From the human T2T-CHM13v2.0 reference genome, Homo sapiens: DNA of 64,000 nucleotides. This document shows positions 14,211 to 27,036 of the stretch, piece by piece. The notes under the pieces were generated by a model. The model was not told where the DNA came from. It saw nothing but the letters and a program-made list of their open reading frames with translations, and did not search any database. The translations under genes were made by a program, and so were the position numbers. Location: assembly GCF_009914755.1 (NCBI RefSeq), contig NC_060925.1; one strand, written 5' to 3'. How positions within the stretch are numbered: position 1 is the first letter of the stretch; each line of letters begins with the position of its first letter.

Positions 14211-16777
14211 TTTAAAAATTATTTTTATTGAGACATAATTGATGTACATATTTTCAGGGTACATGTGATAATCTGATACATTCATATAATCAAATCAGGG
14301 TAATTAGGATATCCATCACATTAAATGTTTAGCTTTTCTTTATGCTAGGAACATTCAAATTATTCTCTTCTAGCTATTTTGAAATGTTTAATAGACTAAT
14401 GTTAACTATAGTCACCCTTCTGATCTATCAAACACCAGGTCTTATTTCTTCTATCTATTAGTAACTGTATAATTGTACCCATTAATAATCTCTCTTTATT
14501 CCCTCCTTTCCCACCCTTCCTGGCCTCTGGAAATCTATCTATCTCCATGAGCTCCACCTTTTTAGCTCACACATATGAGTGAGAACATGCTATATTTGTC
14601 TTTCTGTGCTTGGTGTATTTCACTTAACATAATGCCCTCCACTTCCATTCATGTTGCTGCAAATAACAGGATTTTATTCTTTTTATGGCTAGATAATATT
14701 GTTTATATACCACATTTTACTTATTCATTTATCCATTGATTGGCACTTAGGTTGATTCTATATTTTGGGCATTGTGAATAGTGCTGTAGTAAACATGGGG
14801 GTGCAGACATCTCTTTGATATATTGATTTCCTTTCTTTTGGAGTGGATCTCAACAGTCCCTTCAAGCCTCCACCAGGCAGTGTGAGGATGCCTAACATAC
14901 CCAATACACAACCAGCAATAATGAAACCAACAGAGAAACATCCAGTTTATACGCTGATTGCAAAAAAACATGCATTGGCCCAAGCTGAACTTAAACACCA
15001 GGAAGAAGTAGAAAGAAAAGATGCAGAATTAGTCATCGGGAATGAGAAATGCAAAACCTCACTCAACATGGTAGAAAAAATAATTGGCCACTTCTTCTTA
15101 GCAATTTTCCTATAGAACCTTGTTTCTATCAGGATTTTTCTGTTGACATTCCTATAGAATTCCAAAAGACAGTAAAGCTTATATACTACTTGTGGATGTT
15201 CCATGCTGTAACACTATTTCTAAATATCTTCAGATGCTTGTCTTGGTTTTGTGTTGATTTTGCAAGAGTGGTTGATTTTAGTTTGAGTATCCTGTGGTTC
15301 TTGCTTTTTACTCCTTGTTAATTTGTCTGTTGGTACAGATCACTTTATGGAGCTTTCAGGAGTGGCAGTTCATTCAGACTCTTTGTATTCTTCTTCGTCT
15401 ATATTTGTTAGTTTGCTGTACATGCATTCCAGGCATATGAAATTGGGGTAATTGTGGTTGAGTTTCAACCCTTACTGTTCTCAACCAAAATATTCCTATT
15501 GGAATCAGGATGATAATCACAGCAGCACTTTTCGCAGCATCAGCAGCCATCTCACTAGTTATGTTTTTAAAAGATGATGGCCTCCAGCTGCATCTATGTT
15601 GCTACAAAGGACATAATTTCATTTTGGGGGCTGTGTAATATTCCATGGTGTATACATACCACATTTTCTTTATCCAGTCTACCATTGATGGACATTTAGG
15701 TTGATTCCATGACTTTGCTATTGTGAATAGTGCTGCAAGAAATATACAAGTGCAGATGTCTTTTTGAAAAAAGAAGGTACTAATTAACATTCCCACTAAT
15801 GGTGTACAAGGGTTCCCCTTTGTCTACATTCTCACCAGTATCTGCTATTCTCTGTCTTTTTTGTAAAAGTCATTCTAACTGGAGTGAGATGATATCTCAT
15901 TGTGGTTTTGATTTGCAGTTCTCTGATAATTAGTGGTGGTGACCATTTTTTCATATATCTGTTAGCCATTTGTATGTCTTCTTTTGAGAAATGTGTTCAG
16001 ATCTTTTGCCCATTTTTTATTCAATTATTTGGTTTTTTACTATTGAGTTGTTTGAGTGCCTTATATATTTTGGTTATTAATTCCTTGTCAGATGGATAGT
16101 TTGAAAACATTTTCTCTCATTCTGTAGGTTGTCTTTTCAGTTTTTGATTGTTTTCTTTGTTGTGCAGAAGCTTTTGAGCTTTATGTAATCCCATTTTAGT
16201 TTTGATTTTATTTCGTGTGCTTTTGAGGCTTACTCAAAATATCTTTGCCCAGATCAATGTTCTGGAGCATTTCTCCAGTGTTTTGTTCTAGTAGCTTCAT
16301 AGCTTTTTTGTCTAGTAGTAGCTTTATTTTTAAATAAAAATATATTCTATGCCCATGGGTTGGAAGAATCAATATTGTTAAAATGACCATACTACCCAAA
16401 GCGATTTACAGATTCAGTGCAATCCCTACAAAAATACAAACGACATTCCTCACAGAAATAGAAAAAAAAGTACTAAAATTAATATGAAACCACAAAAGAC
16501 CCCAAATAGCCAAAGACATCTTGAACGAAAAGAACAAAACTGGAGGCCTCACACTACCTGACAACAAATCAGCTGGTACTGCATAAAAACAATGGAACAG
16601 AATAGAGAGCCCAAATATCAATCCACACACTTACAGCCAACCCATTTTGGAAGAAAATACAATAAGGAGAGAGTAGCCTCTTCTATAAATGATGCTGAGA
16701 AAACTGGATAACCATATGCAAAAGAATAAAACTAGACTCTATGTCTCACCATATAGAAAAATCAAATCAAAATGAAT
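14211..16777 (-). mobile_element. L1MA-type element with 5' inversion (minus arm 14211-~16310, inverted plus arm ~16340-16777); hosts the SCAMP1 retrocopy
   Basis: L1MA 3' end on the minus strand. ORF2 peptides on both arms. Degenerate TSD CAACATTTACATATT (14196-14210) and CAATATTTACATCTT (16778-16792). Confidence 0.8.
14843..15775 (+). pseudogene. SCAMP1: Processed pseudogene of SCAMP1 (secretory carrier membrane protein 1); exon 2 skipped, L1-derived 3' end
   Basis: Intronless peptides [30 protein letters not shown] and [28 protein letters not shown]...[12 protein letters not shown], plus DNA for ...ISLVMF. Frameshifts and stops. Symbol refers to the parent gene. Confidence 0.93.
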
Positions 16778-17255
16778 CAATATTTACATCTTAACTCAGT
16801 CTTGATTTTCTTTAATTGCCCTCTACACGCAATGATTCATGTCAAAAGACAACAGCGGCAATTCTTTATGAAAACCCTAAGCAGTTAATGCCCTTGATAG
16901 AAGTGAAGAGACCTAATGTATAAAGAATAAGAGAAAGAAGTAATTATGACTAAACAGAGGTTCAAGTTCAAGGAAAGGATAACTTTGGTATTTTGAATAG
17001 GAGAGGGATAAGAAAGGGACATAAGAGTGACGTGTTGTCAGAATGCAGGGGAGTTTTTAATGGAAAGGCAGAAGATTAAAATACCAAAAAAAGTGGTTGG
17101 TTGATAGAGCAAAGTCTCAGAACACATAGAAGGCGTTGGAATAAAGAACAAAAACATGAAATTAACCTGAACAGAAAGAAGGCATCATCCTTCGATACCA
17201 GAGAAGGAGAGTGAAATGAAAGCGGATGTGGGTAGTGTGTGGTTGGAGGAGAGAT

Positions 17256-17433
17256 TTATATGGGTTGAATTGTGTTCCCCCAAAATATATATTCAAGTCC
17301 TAGCCCCACTCCCTCAGAATGTGACCTATTCAGAAATCAGGCTGCTTCAGATGTAATTTGTGAAGATGATGTACTGGAGTTTGGTGGGCCCCTAATCCAA
17401 TACAACTGCAATCTTTATAAAAGAGGGAAATTT

Positions 17434-17481
<48 letters not shown>

Positions 17482-17764
17482 AAGACAATGTGAAGACACA
17501 TGAGGGATGATGGCCATGACAACTGAGGCAGAGATTGGAATGTTGCATTTGCAAACTAAAGAATGACCATGGATTGCCAAGAGCTTCCAGAAGCTAGGAA
17601 GAGGCAAGACAGAATTCTCCTCTACAAGTTTTAGAAGGAGCATGGCCCTGCTCATACCTTGATTTCAAGCTTCTAACCCCTAGAACTGTGACAGCATAAA
17701 TTTCTGTTGTCATAGCCACCAAGGTTTTGGTTCTTGGTTATGGCAGCCTTAGGAAATGAGTACA
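17256..17764 (+). mobile_element. MLT1B/C-type MaLR solo LTR
   Basis: Starts atgggttgaattgtgttcccc. Internal gaagctaggaagaggcaag. Ends ttatggcagccttaggaaatgagtaca. Confidence 0.8.
17436..17476 (+). repeat. (CA)~20 microsatellite inside the MLT1 LTR
   Basis: Perfect dinucleotide run. Confidence 0.97.
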
Positions 17765-20214
17765 AAGGTGTTGCAGAGATCACACTGTGGCCTTTATCTT
17801 ACTGATGATGAAGTTAAAGGACTAGCACCAAGATTAAAAGGGAGCGTTGACTGTAGTGAAGTTCCAAACTAATACCTGAGGAGAATAAAAGTGGAAGCCA
17901 AGCATGAAGATATACAAATAAGTAATAAGGACTTGGCTGAAGTCAGTGACTATGAATTTATTACAACACTAATCTGATAAAAATTCCAGACACAAATATG
18001 AATTTAGTACATGATAAAGATATTTCAAATCAGTGCATATATGATGGATTGGTTATTCAATAGAATACGATTAACAATTTGGGGATAGAAAAATAAATAT
18101 CTACAGGTGGAACTAACTGTCCCCTTGAATTAAAAATAATGTTAAAGAGTTGTTTATAATAATTGTTTTAAAAAGGGAAACAGCCTAAATATCAAATAAG
18201 GGAAAATATCATATAAATAACATCTGGTTGTTAACAAATTTTACACCATAATAATATATTCTTATTTTAAAACCAGAAAATGTCAATACATGCTATTGTC
18301 AACTATTACAATTTTATAAAATATATGTATATACATACACACATATACATAATGTGTCTATACATCTCTAAAGAAAATAAATGGTTATTGACTACTATCT
18401 CCATATGATAGAATTACAGGTATTCTTTCTATATGATGTGCTTTCAAATTATATACTTAATATTTGGCTTTAATTATTTATGGCTTTATTTAGAAAAGTA
18501 CTGTAACAATGGTGGTTCTAGAATTTGAGGATCCTATGTAAGTTGTCAAAACAGCCCAATGTTTCAACTCTCTTTTTTCAAGAATCAAAAACAATTCCTG
18601 AGATGGAGATCAGAAGAGCCATGTTTAAAAGAATGGATGAAAACCAGATACCCAAGGAAACTACCGCAGGGAAATACATACCTGGGACCACGTGTATATA
18701 CTAGACATCTGGTGCATCAGTTAAGAGCATTGCAAAGATAAATGCAATTTGGGGAGTAAATTGCCCATGAAAAATTTAGGCCATGTGAGGAATTTAAGAT
18801 TTTGTGGTACAACTTGGTTTTGGTTTTAAGCTTGGAGACTGGCCGTGACCTGTTTTATGCCATGTGAGTTTGGTTTTTACCTGCTATGGTCTGAGTGAAT
18901 GACCTTAAACTGTAGGTCATTTGGGATTTTGACCTTGTTCATTTCACATCTGCTTATGGTAGCACTATGCAGAGGTAAGAAGCTGTTACACAGACAGGGA
19001 CTCCAGGCATCAGCCTATGTGCCGGGGAGAGGAAGGTGGGGAGAGGGGGCAAATTCAACGTACAGAAGTTGGCCACAATAGTCTCGTTTGATACAGGCCT
19101 TCTAGATGATAGGGATTTAAACTTATTTTTTAGTTTTTCTGTGTTTTGCAGTCAGGCTTGCAGTCCAGGATTATAAACTGATGCTAAGTTCTGTGGGAGC
19201 TTTAGTGTATGCAAGCTTCTAGCTTTAAAAATGTGTGCCAGGCATAGGAGACAATGTGGATAAGCTGCCTAAAATTCTATTTATTTTGTTCATCATTCAA
19301 GGCCAAGGGTGGTGCTGTGGAGGGAATAGGCTCTTGGACCCATGAAGCATATATCCATAATCTCATAAGAATTACTCCCAACACATGGCTTCAGGTTAAT
19401 TCTGGATTTGTTATTTTGCATAGACTCTGATCACGGCTATAGCTTTAGATTTCAGAGACCCAATCTGAATGCAGGGTTCAAATAGTTTGTTCACATTCTC
19501 CTCTCTGAGTAGAACAATCCCACTCAAGTGATTGTCCCCCATCAAACAGGACTCATTCTCTTCTATTCCTGCCTGGTTCCCCATAATATGCCTCATTATT
19601 GCTATGTCTTCCCTTAGAAGTCTATTCCATTTATTTATCCAGCATAAAGTTCACCCAAAACTGTCATATTGATACTTCCCTTGTAATTCTTCCAGTATTT
19701 TCTACTGATCTTCCTACTCTTCTCTATAATCTGTCCAGAATGTTTGTAACTACTCAAAATAGCAGTCTCAGTCCTTAAGATAGTGGGTTCCCAATTGTCT
19801 ATATTATGAATTTTTCACATTCAGCTTTAAGAGCTACTTCTCAACAGCTTTTTTTTGGATCCTGCTTCTCAGCATGGTCTACAGACAATTCAGTCTGCTC
19901 TCACATATCTTCCCCTCTCTTTCTACCCAAGATTTTTTTGGACCACTGCCACAGTTTCCGATCTAATAACAACAAAGCATCTTCCCCTTTTCTAATTCCT
20001 TTGTTAAGTATAGTTAGATTTGGGTATATATTATTTTCCCAGTTGTCTTTCCTGGTTGTAATATCTGCTTTTCCCCTTTAACTCTGTCCAGTCTTCTGAT
20101 TTCTGCAATCTCAACTTTTGTTTTTAGGGAATTAGTTTCTTCCTATAGATAATTGTTTTTCAAGGAGGGTATAACTGATAACAGTGCAGGATAACTCCAT
20201 TTCATCTATTATTT

Positions 20215-20295
20215 TGGTGAAACTGTCCTATATATTGCAAATGGTTTAGTATCCCTGGCCCCTGCTCACTAAATACCAGGAGCACTTTCTCAAAT
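20215..20295. mobile_element. hAT-Charlie MITE relic (MER20-like)
   Basis: ctgtcctatatattgcaaatggtttagtatccctggcccctgctcactaaatacca resembles the MER20 core. Confidence 0.4.
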
Positions 20296-20339
20296 TCCAC
20301 TATGGAAATCAAGAGTCCACAGCTATGTCTACATCATGA

Positions 20340-20578
20340 TTTTTTTGTTGTTGTCGTGGTTGTTGGGGGAGTTTTTTGAAACAGAGTCTCGCTCTGTTGC
20401 CCAGGCTGGACTGCAGTGGCGCGATCTCGGCTCACTGCAACCTCCGCCTCCTGGATGGTTTCAAGCGATTCTCCTGCCTCCGCCTCCTGAGTAGCTAGGA
20501 TTACAGGCACGTGCCACCACGCCCAGCTAATTTTTGTATTCTTAGTAGAGACGGGGTTTCACCATGTTGGCCAGGCTG
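20340..20578 (-). mobile_element. 5'-truncated AluS
   Basis: Antisense Alu right arm plus part of the left arm, with a T/G-rich tail. Confidence 0.92.
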
Positions 20579-21779
20579 ATGATGAATTTTTGGTGAGTGG
20601 GTTCAAATGTGCCTGACCAGTGTGACACGGCCTGCTAATTCTGCCTGCTCCCAGCCCTAGAGAGTCCCAGGAGAGGCTGTGGAACACCGGAAAAGTGTTA
20701 ACTAGCTCTACGCTTGCTCTGGAAAGGAAGAAGTAGGAGATCTAGAAAAACTGCTTCTGTAGCAATGCCAAAACCAAAGCCCACTTGGAATAGTTTGGGG
20801 AGAAAATGGGAAGTAAGGGTGATAAATGGAGATCAGCTTTCTTTTAAAAGGAGCGGAGCTGGAGCAGAAACTGAAGTGGGATGCAGGGTAAACAAGGGTT
20901 TTTTAAACAATGCAGATCAGAGAGTATGTTTGTATGTATGACACCAGCAGCTGCCTCAGAAAATTGTGGCCTCTTTCTCTCGTAACAGGATTTTTGAGAA
21001 AAGTTAACAAGAAAAATAATTTGCCCAAAGAAATATATATATATGTATGTTTGTGTGTATACATACACCTACTCATATATATGCAACTGCAATGGTGGGA
21101 AAGACTCTACATCTATAATATGTCACTTTCATATCCCTAGATTCAATGAAAATAGAAGTTGTGCTGAAAACAAAATATTCTGGAGAAAAAAAAGCAGATC
21201 AGTTTAAGTACAATTAAGCTCAAAAAAGTTTGAGTATTGTCTCAGTTGTGGAATGCAATCCAGAGAAAGCACAAATTTGTAGAATATTCCAGAAATGACG
21301 AGTATTTGAAATGTTTTATTTTGGTGCTTTCATTTTCTATAATGAAATGAGATAACAAATCCCTATTTGCGTCTTAGAATTCCAAAATAGCTAGCAAGAA
21401 TAGAAAAATCTGACAGTTACTGAGAAAAAAAGAAAAAAAAAACATGAAAATAGCCAAATCTGTCCAATCTTGTATTTATCCATTCAGGCTATAAATGGTG
21501 TTATTGTTGAAAAGAAGTTAAAATTTCTTCAGAGAAAAACTTTTTTTTGGAGAAAATGGCATTCTTTGCTCACTAAATAAATGTGTGTAAAATTAATTTG
21601 ATTCCCTTCTATTAATAACCAGTAAAAATATAATAGTGGATTATCATTCATTCATTCACTCTACAAATACTTTTAGGTCCCAGCATGGGCTAGATCCAGG
21701 GTGCAACACTGATGAAAACAGGCTCCAGCAAAAATGAGATGTATTTCTGCCCTCAAAGCACCGATAATCTTCATAAATT

Positions 21780-22380
21780 AAAATTATTATGAGGAACACA
21801 AACAGGCAATTCACACAAGAATAACAAATTGTGTAGAAATGTATATAAAATACTCATCCTCACTAGTAATCAATAAATGCAACTTTAAAATTACAGTAAG
21901 ATACTGTTTTTCATCAACCAACTTAGAAAAGACTTTCTAATAATAATATTTAGGATTGGTGCATAAAAATAGGCCCTCTTATTAATTGTTACTTGGAGCA
22001 TTAATTAGCAACATTTTTCTAGAATATAATCTGGCAACATGGATTAAAAGAATTAAAAGTTGTCATACTATATAGCACGAACCCACTTCCAGGAAATTCA
22101 GCTGAAAACCTAGATTACTGAAGTCTTTATAAATAAAGGAATGAGAATGTTCACCACACTACTATATATGTACCATGAAATGGAAGATTTATCAAAAAAT
22201 ATGGCACATTCTTATATACCATCTTACTAGTAAAAATTAGGTGGTAAAATAATACTGAATAAAATTAAGAACTTTATGATATAATTAGTAAAAAAAAGGA
22301 AACAATTAAAATTGGGTATAGCATAATGCCATTATAAATAATAAATGTGTATATACTGTAAAAAGATATATGTACACATG
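21780..22380 (+). mobile_element. Old, highly degenerate L1M(E) 3' fragment
   Basis: tactcatcctcactagtaatcaataaatgcaac and acccacttccaggaaatt are L1 ORF2 C-terminal motifs. Confidence 0.5.
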
Positions 22381-22392
22381 TAGAAGAAAATA

Positions 22393-22695
22393 CAGTTGTC
22401 CCCCCTTATCCACGAGGAATATGCTCCAAGACCCCCAATGAATGTCCAAAACCTTAAATAGTAGCAAATGCTATATATACTATGTTTTTTTTTATACATA
22501 CCTACCCATTATAAAGTTTAATTTATAAATTAGGCACAATAAAATATACTGTAATAAGAGTTATGTGAAGGTTCTCTCTCTCCCTCTCTCTCTCTTAATA
22601 TCTTATTGCACTGTACTCACCTATTTTCAAGCCACAGTTGACCAGAGGTAACTGAAACCTTAGAAAGCAAAATTGTGGATAATGGAGGACTACTG
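22393..22695 (+). mobile_element. MER44A-like TcMar-Tigger MITE
   Basis: Terminal inverted repeats cagttgtccccccttatcc and ggataatggaggactactg, flanked by TA at 22391-22392 and 22696-22697. Confidence 0.88.
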
Positions 22696-23069
22696 TAAAC
22701 TGAAAACAAAAAGGTGAAATGAGTTACAAGAGAAAAGAATACAGATCTTTTAAATGTTCTTCTTTTTGCTTCCTTATATATTCTATATTTTTCATACTGA
22801 ACATGTAACACATCTTCAGTTAAAAAATAAATGTTTAATTAAGCAGCTTTAATCTCTCTATGGTTTGGACACAAACTTTGTGTGGTTTCTCAGATTTTAT
22901 TGACTGCCTTGTATCTCTCTCTTAGTTGACTACCTGCCTTCATTGAATTGCTCTCTGCTCTTAAACTTGGATGTAATACTATACATTAGACTATGGGATT
23001 GGGCTTTCTGAGAAACTACTGAGGAGCCAGATGAAAAATAAGTATGATTCATGTTACAGCGTTAAAAAA

Positions 23070-25350
23070 AAAAAACCTTGAAAACACTATGTTAAGTGAA
23101 AGAAGGCAGTCACAAAAAGTCATATATTATATGATTCTTTTTATATAAAATGGCCAGAATGAAAAAATGTATAGGAACAGAAAGGTTAATGGTTGTCACA
23201 GCTGGGGGAAAAGGAGAAAGGGAGTGACAAGTAATGGGCTTGGGGTTTCTTTTAGGGGTGATGAAAGCATTCTAAATTAGGAGATTTATGGTTTCAAAAT
23301 GGCAATGTAGACACAGCTGGATTCATTCCCTAACACAGAAAACCAAAATATATATATATACAACACTGAGATTATCACCAGACTGCAACCTGTTTAGAGA
23401 TAGGCAATCTAAATTATGTAAATTGAGACAACCACAAGTCAAAATGTGGGGGAGATGGAGTTAAAGTGCATGATTGTTTTGTTTGGTTTGGTTTTTTGTT
23501 TGTTTGTCTTTACTCTTTTTTTGTAATCTAAGTTGTTATCTCTTTAAATAATTTATTATATTTATAAGATGTTTTATGTAACCCTATGGTAACTACAATG
23601 CAAAAACCTGTAATGGATACACTAAAAATAAAAAGCAACAAATTAAGACATACTACAACTAAGAAAATTACATAGCCACAAGGGATGACAGTAAGAAAGG
23701 AAGAAAAGAAGAAAGGAGTTATAAAACAACCAGAAAACCAGAAAAAAAAATGGTAGTACTAAGTCCTTACTTATCAATAATGACACTGAATGTAAATGAA
23801 CTAAATTCTCTAATTAAAAGACAGATGAGCATTTTTTTCACATTTTTGTTGGCTGCTTGTATGTCTTCTTTTAGAAGTCTCTATGCCTTTGCCCACTTCT
23901 TACTGGGGTTATTTGTTTTTTGCTTGCTCATTTAAGTTCCTTATATATTTTGGATATTAAGTTCTTCTCAGATGGATAGTTTGTGAATATTTTCTCCCAT
24001 TCTGTAGGTTGTCTATTTACTCTATTGATGGTTTATTTTGCTGTGCATAAGCTCTTTAGTTTAATTAGGTCCCACTTATTAATTTTTGGCTTTGTTGCAA
24101 TTGCTTTTTGGGACTTGGTCATAAATTCTTTGCCAAGGCCGATGTTGGGAAGGGTATTTCCTAGGTTTTCCTTTAAAACTTTTATAGTTTGAGTCTTACA
24201 TTTAAATCTTTAATTCATCTTGAGTTAATCTTGAATTAAATCTTTAATTCATCTTGAGTATGTGGTGAAAGCTAAGGGTCTAGTTTCATTCTTCTGCACA
24301 TGGCTTTCCAGTTATCCCAGCACCATTTGTTGAATAGGGAGTCCTTTGTTGCTTATGTTTTTCAGCCTTGTTGAAGATCAGATGATTATAGGTGTAGCTT
24401 TATTTCTGAGCTTTCTAATGGGTTTCATTGGTCTATGTGTCTGTTTGTGTACAAGTACCATGCTGTTAATCATCAGAGAAATGCAAATCAAAACCACAAT
24501 GAGATACCATCTAACACCAGTCTGAATGGCTACTATTAAAAAGTCAAAAAGCAACAGATGCTGGCAAGGCTGTAGAGAAAAGGGAGGGCTTATACACTGT
24601 TGGTGGGAATGTAAATTAGTTCAGCCTCTGTGGAAAGCAGTTTGGAGATTTCTCAAATAACTCACAACAAAACTTGAGACCATTATATTAAGTGAAATAA
24701 GCCAAGCACAGAAAAAAAATTTCATGTTTAATCAAATATTGCATGTAATCACTCATGCGGGAACTGAAAAGGTGGATCTCATGAAGATAGAGAGTAGAGT
24801 CTCATGAAGATAGAAAGTAGATTGGTGGCTACCAGAAGCCAGGAAGGGTGGGAGAGGAGAGAATAAAGAGAGATTGATTAATTTGGTACAAATACACTGT
24901 TAGATAGAAGAAATAAGACTTGGTGTTCAATAGATCAGTAAGGTGACTGTAGTTAACACTAATCTATTATACATTTCAAAATAGCTAGAAGAGAATAATT
25001 TAAATGTTTCTAGCACAAAGAAAAGCTAAATATTTAATGTGATGGATATCCCAATTACCCTAATTTGATTATATGACTGTATCAAATTATCACATGTACC
25101 ACAAAAATATGTACAGCTATTAAATAGCAATAGAAAACTAATTAATTAATTAATTTTAAAAAGGAAAAGCTACAACTTGCATATTGCAATTTAAGTAATA
25201 AAACAAGATAATCATTAAACTAAAAAAATAAAATTACATGGTGATGATGGTTGCAGAACTCTGTAAATAAAAACCATTGAATTCTACACTTTAAAATGGT
25301 GAATCTTGTGATATGTAATTAAACCTCATTAAAGCTCTTATTTAAAAAAA
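23070..25350 (+). mobile_element. L1MB/ME 3' fragment (23070-23280 and ~25235-25350) split by a composite L1MA/L1P insertion (23281-~25140)
   Basis: The host 3'UTR (ggggtgatgaaagcattctaaattag) resumes as tggtgatgatggttgcagaact. Insert order: L1M 5' end, inter-ORF region, ORF2 start (23750), inverted L1P arm 23826-24468, sense arm 24469-~24676, L1MA 3' end. Confidence 0.7.
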
Positions 25351-25354
25351 GGTT

Positions 25355-25445
25355 TGTTGTGAAGATCAAAGATGATAATCTATGTAAAATGTTGGACACA
25401 GTGCCTATTACATAGTCAGCACTCAATAAATATTAGCTATTAATA
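25355..25445 (+). mobile_element. MIR 3' fragment
   Basis: gttgtgaagatcaaagatgataat...cacagtgcct...cactcaataaatattagctatt. Confidence 0.7.
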
Positions 25446-27036
25446 TTCTAGAGTGACTGAATTTAGGAAGCTTTGTGTGACTCTAAAGTCACTGGGACAA
25501 AAATGGATGAGTCAACCGGCATTTGTAGAGAAGAAAATGATCACAAATCATGGTGTGTGGGGTCCTGTGTTCTATCGTGGCCATGGCAGCTTTGAAATCC
25601 CATCCCCATAAGGCCGGCTGAGTGGGGTATGTCTTGGTGACTGAGGGCAGGACAAAGGGCATTGTTCAGACCTGGAACATTTCTGGCCTGTTTTGCTCAG
25701 GTATGGTTAGGAACTTTCCAATGCCCTAAGGCTGAAAGAGACACATGCAGGCCTCACCAGAGCCAATCTTGATGACAAGAAACCATAAATGAGGGGAGAA
25801 TTTCCCACTGAATATCAGATATTTTAACCAGGGTTATGAACACAATTTCTACTACCAAGAGAGGAAAATGGGATTTAAGGAGAGAAGAACTACTTAAAAG
25901 CTGAGCTTTCTACACAATCTGGATCTACATAATGCAATAAAAAGTTTTAATGTTTTTGCAGTATGTTCTGAAGGAGCCACTTTACCATGGCAAGATGTTC
26001 TATTACATGCACAAGGCCCTGAAGGTGCACACACTGGATTATTTAGCTGTTGGATGTGTTCTCTTACTGAATTTCATCTTTTAAAAGAAGGAAGGAATGC
26101 ATGAAGAAATACCTGTAAATGACTAAGAAAATAATTTTTTTAAGTTTTTTTGTCATAATTTGTGGGGCTTTTTTTCCCTTGACTTCTGAAGCTCCAAATT
26201 CACCCTCAACAGATGTGCTGTTGAATTCTGACATTAACAAAACCAAACCATTTTAAACCACTCACCAGTAAAATAAAAACTAAATATTTGCTTAGCATTC
26301 CCAGCATTTCTTTCATTGTGAAAACAATGAAAATATGGACAAATTAATTCTTAGTGGTACTCTATACAATAATTTAGTGCTAGGATTTATATTAGAAATG
26401 GGGTTTTCCCAAACTAAGTCTGTGGTTGACTGAATCAAAGATAAGCAAGATAATACAGTATGTTATAAAAAGTACCCTATAAATGTGAAAAGACCATAAT
26501 AGTAAAAATATATTAGAATGATACTAACAATAATAAATAGTGCTAGCTTTCCAAAGATTCCAAAAATCAGAGTTTTGGGGATTGATAGTAGTGCCTGCCT
26601 AAAGAACACATGGCACTTGAATTCCAAATCAAAGGAGGTCATTGAAATTGCACTGATCACACACATGCATACACATTGATTTATTACATGTCTACAGATG
26701 TGTTTAACACCAACACATACTCCCAATTGTCAATGATCTTTGACTTTTCAGCCAAGTTTTATGGTGACCTGCCATATACCTGTCACTGCACTAGACATTG
26801 AAGGAAATAAGAAGATACCGAGTACAGGATGTCTGTCATTAAAGCTTGAAATCTCATAGAGAAGTTTCAACCAGAGCACTAGCCTCCGCATTCTGAAATC
26901 CAACGCCAGTGCCAAAAATAAGAGGAAGAGCTATGGTAACACTGACAGAGACTGGTTGGTGGAGTGGAGACTAGTGAAGAGTTTACAGGTAAAGAGGCAT
27001 TTGAGCCAGCATTGTTGTAGTGAAAATGATGATGAG

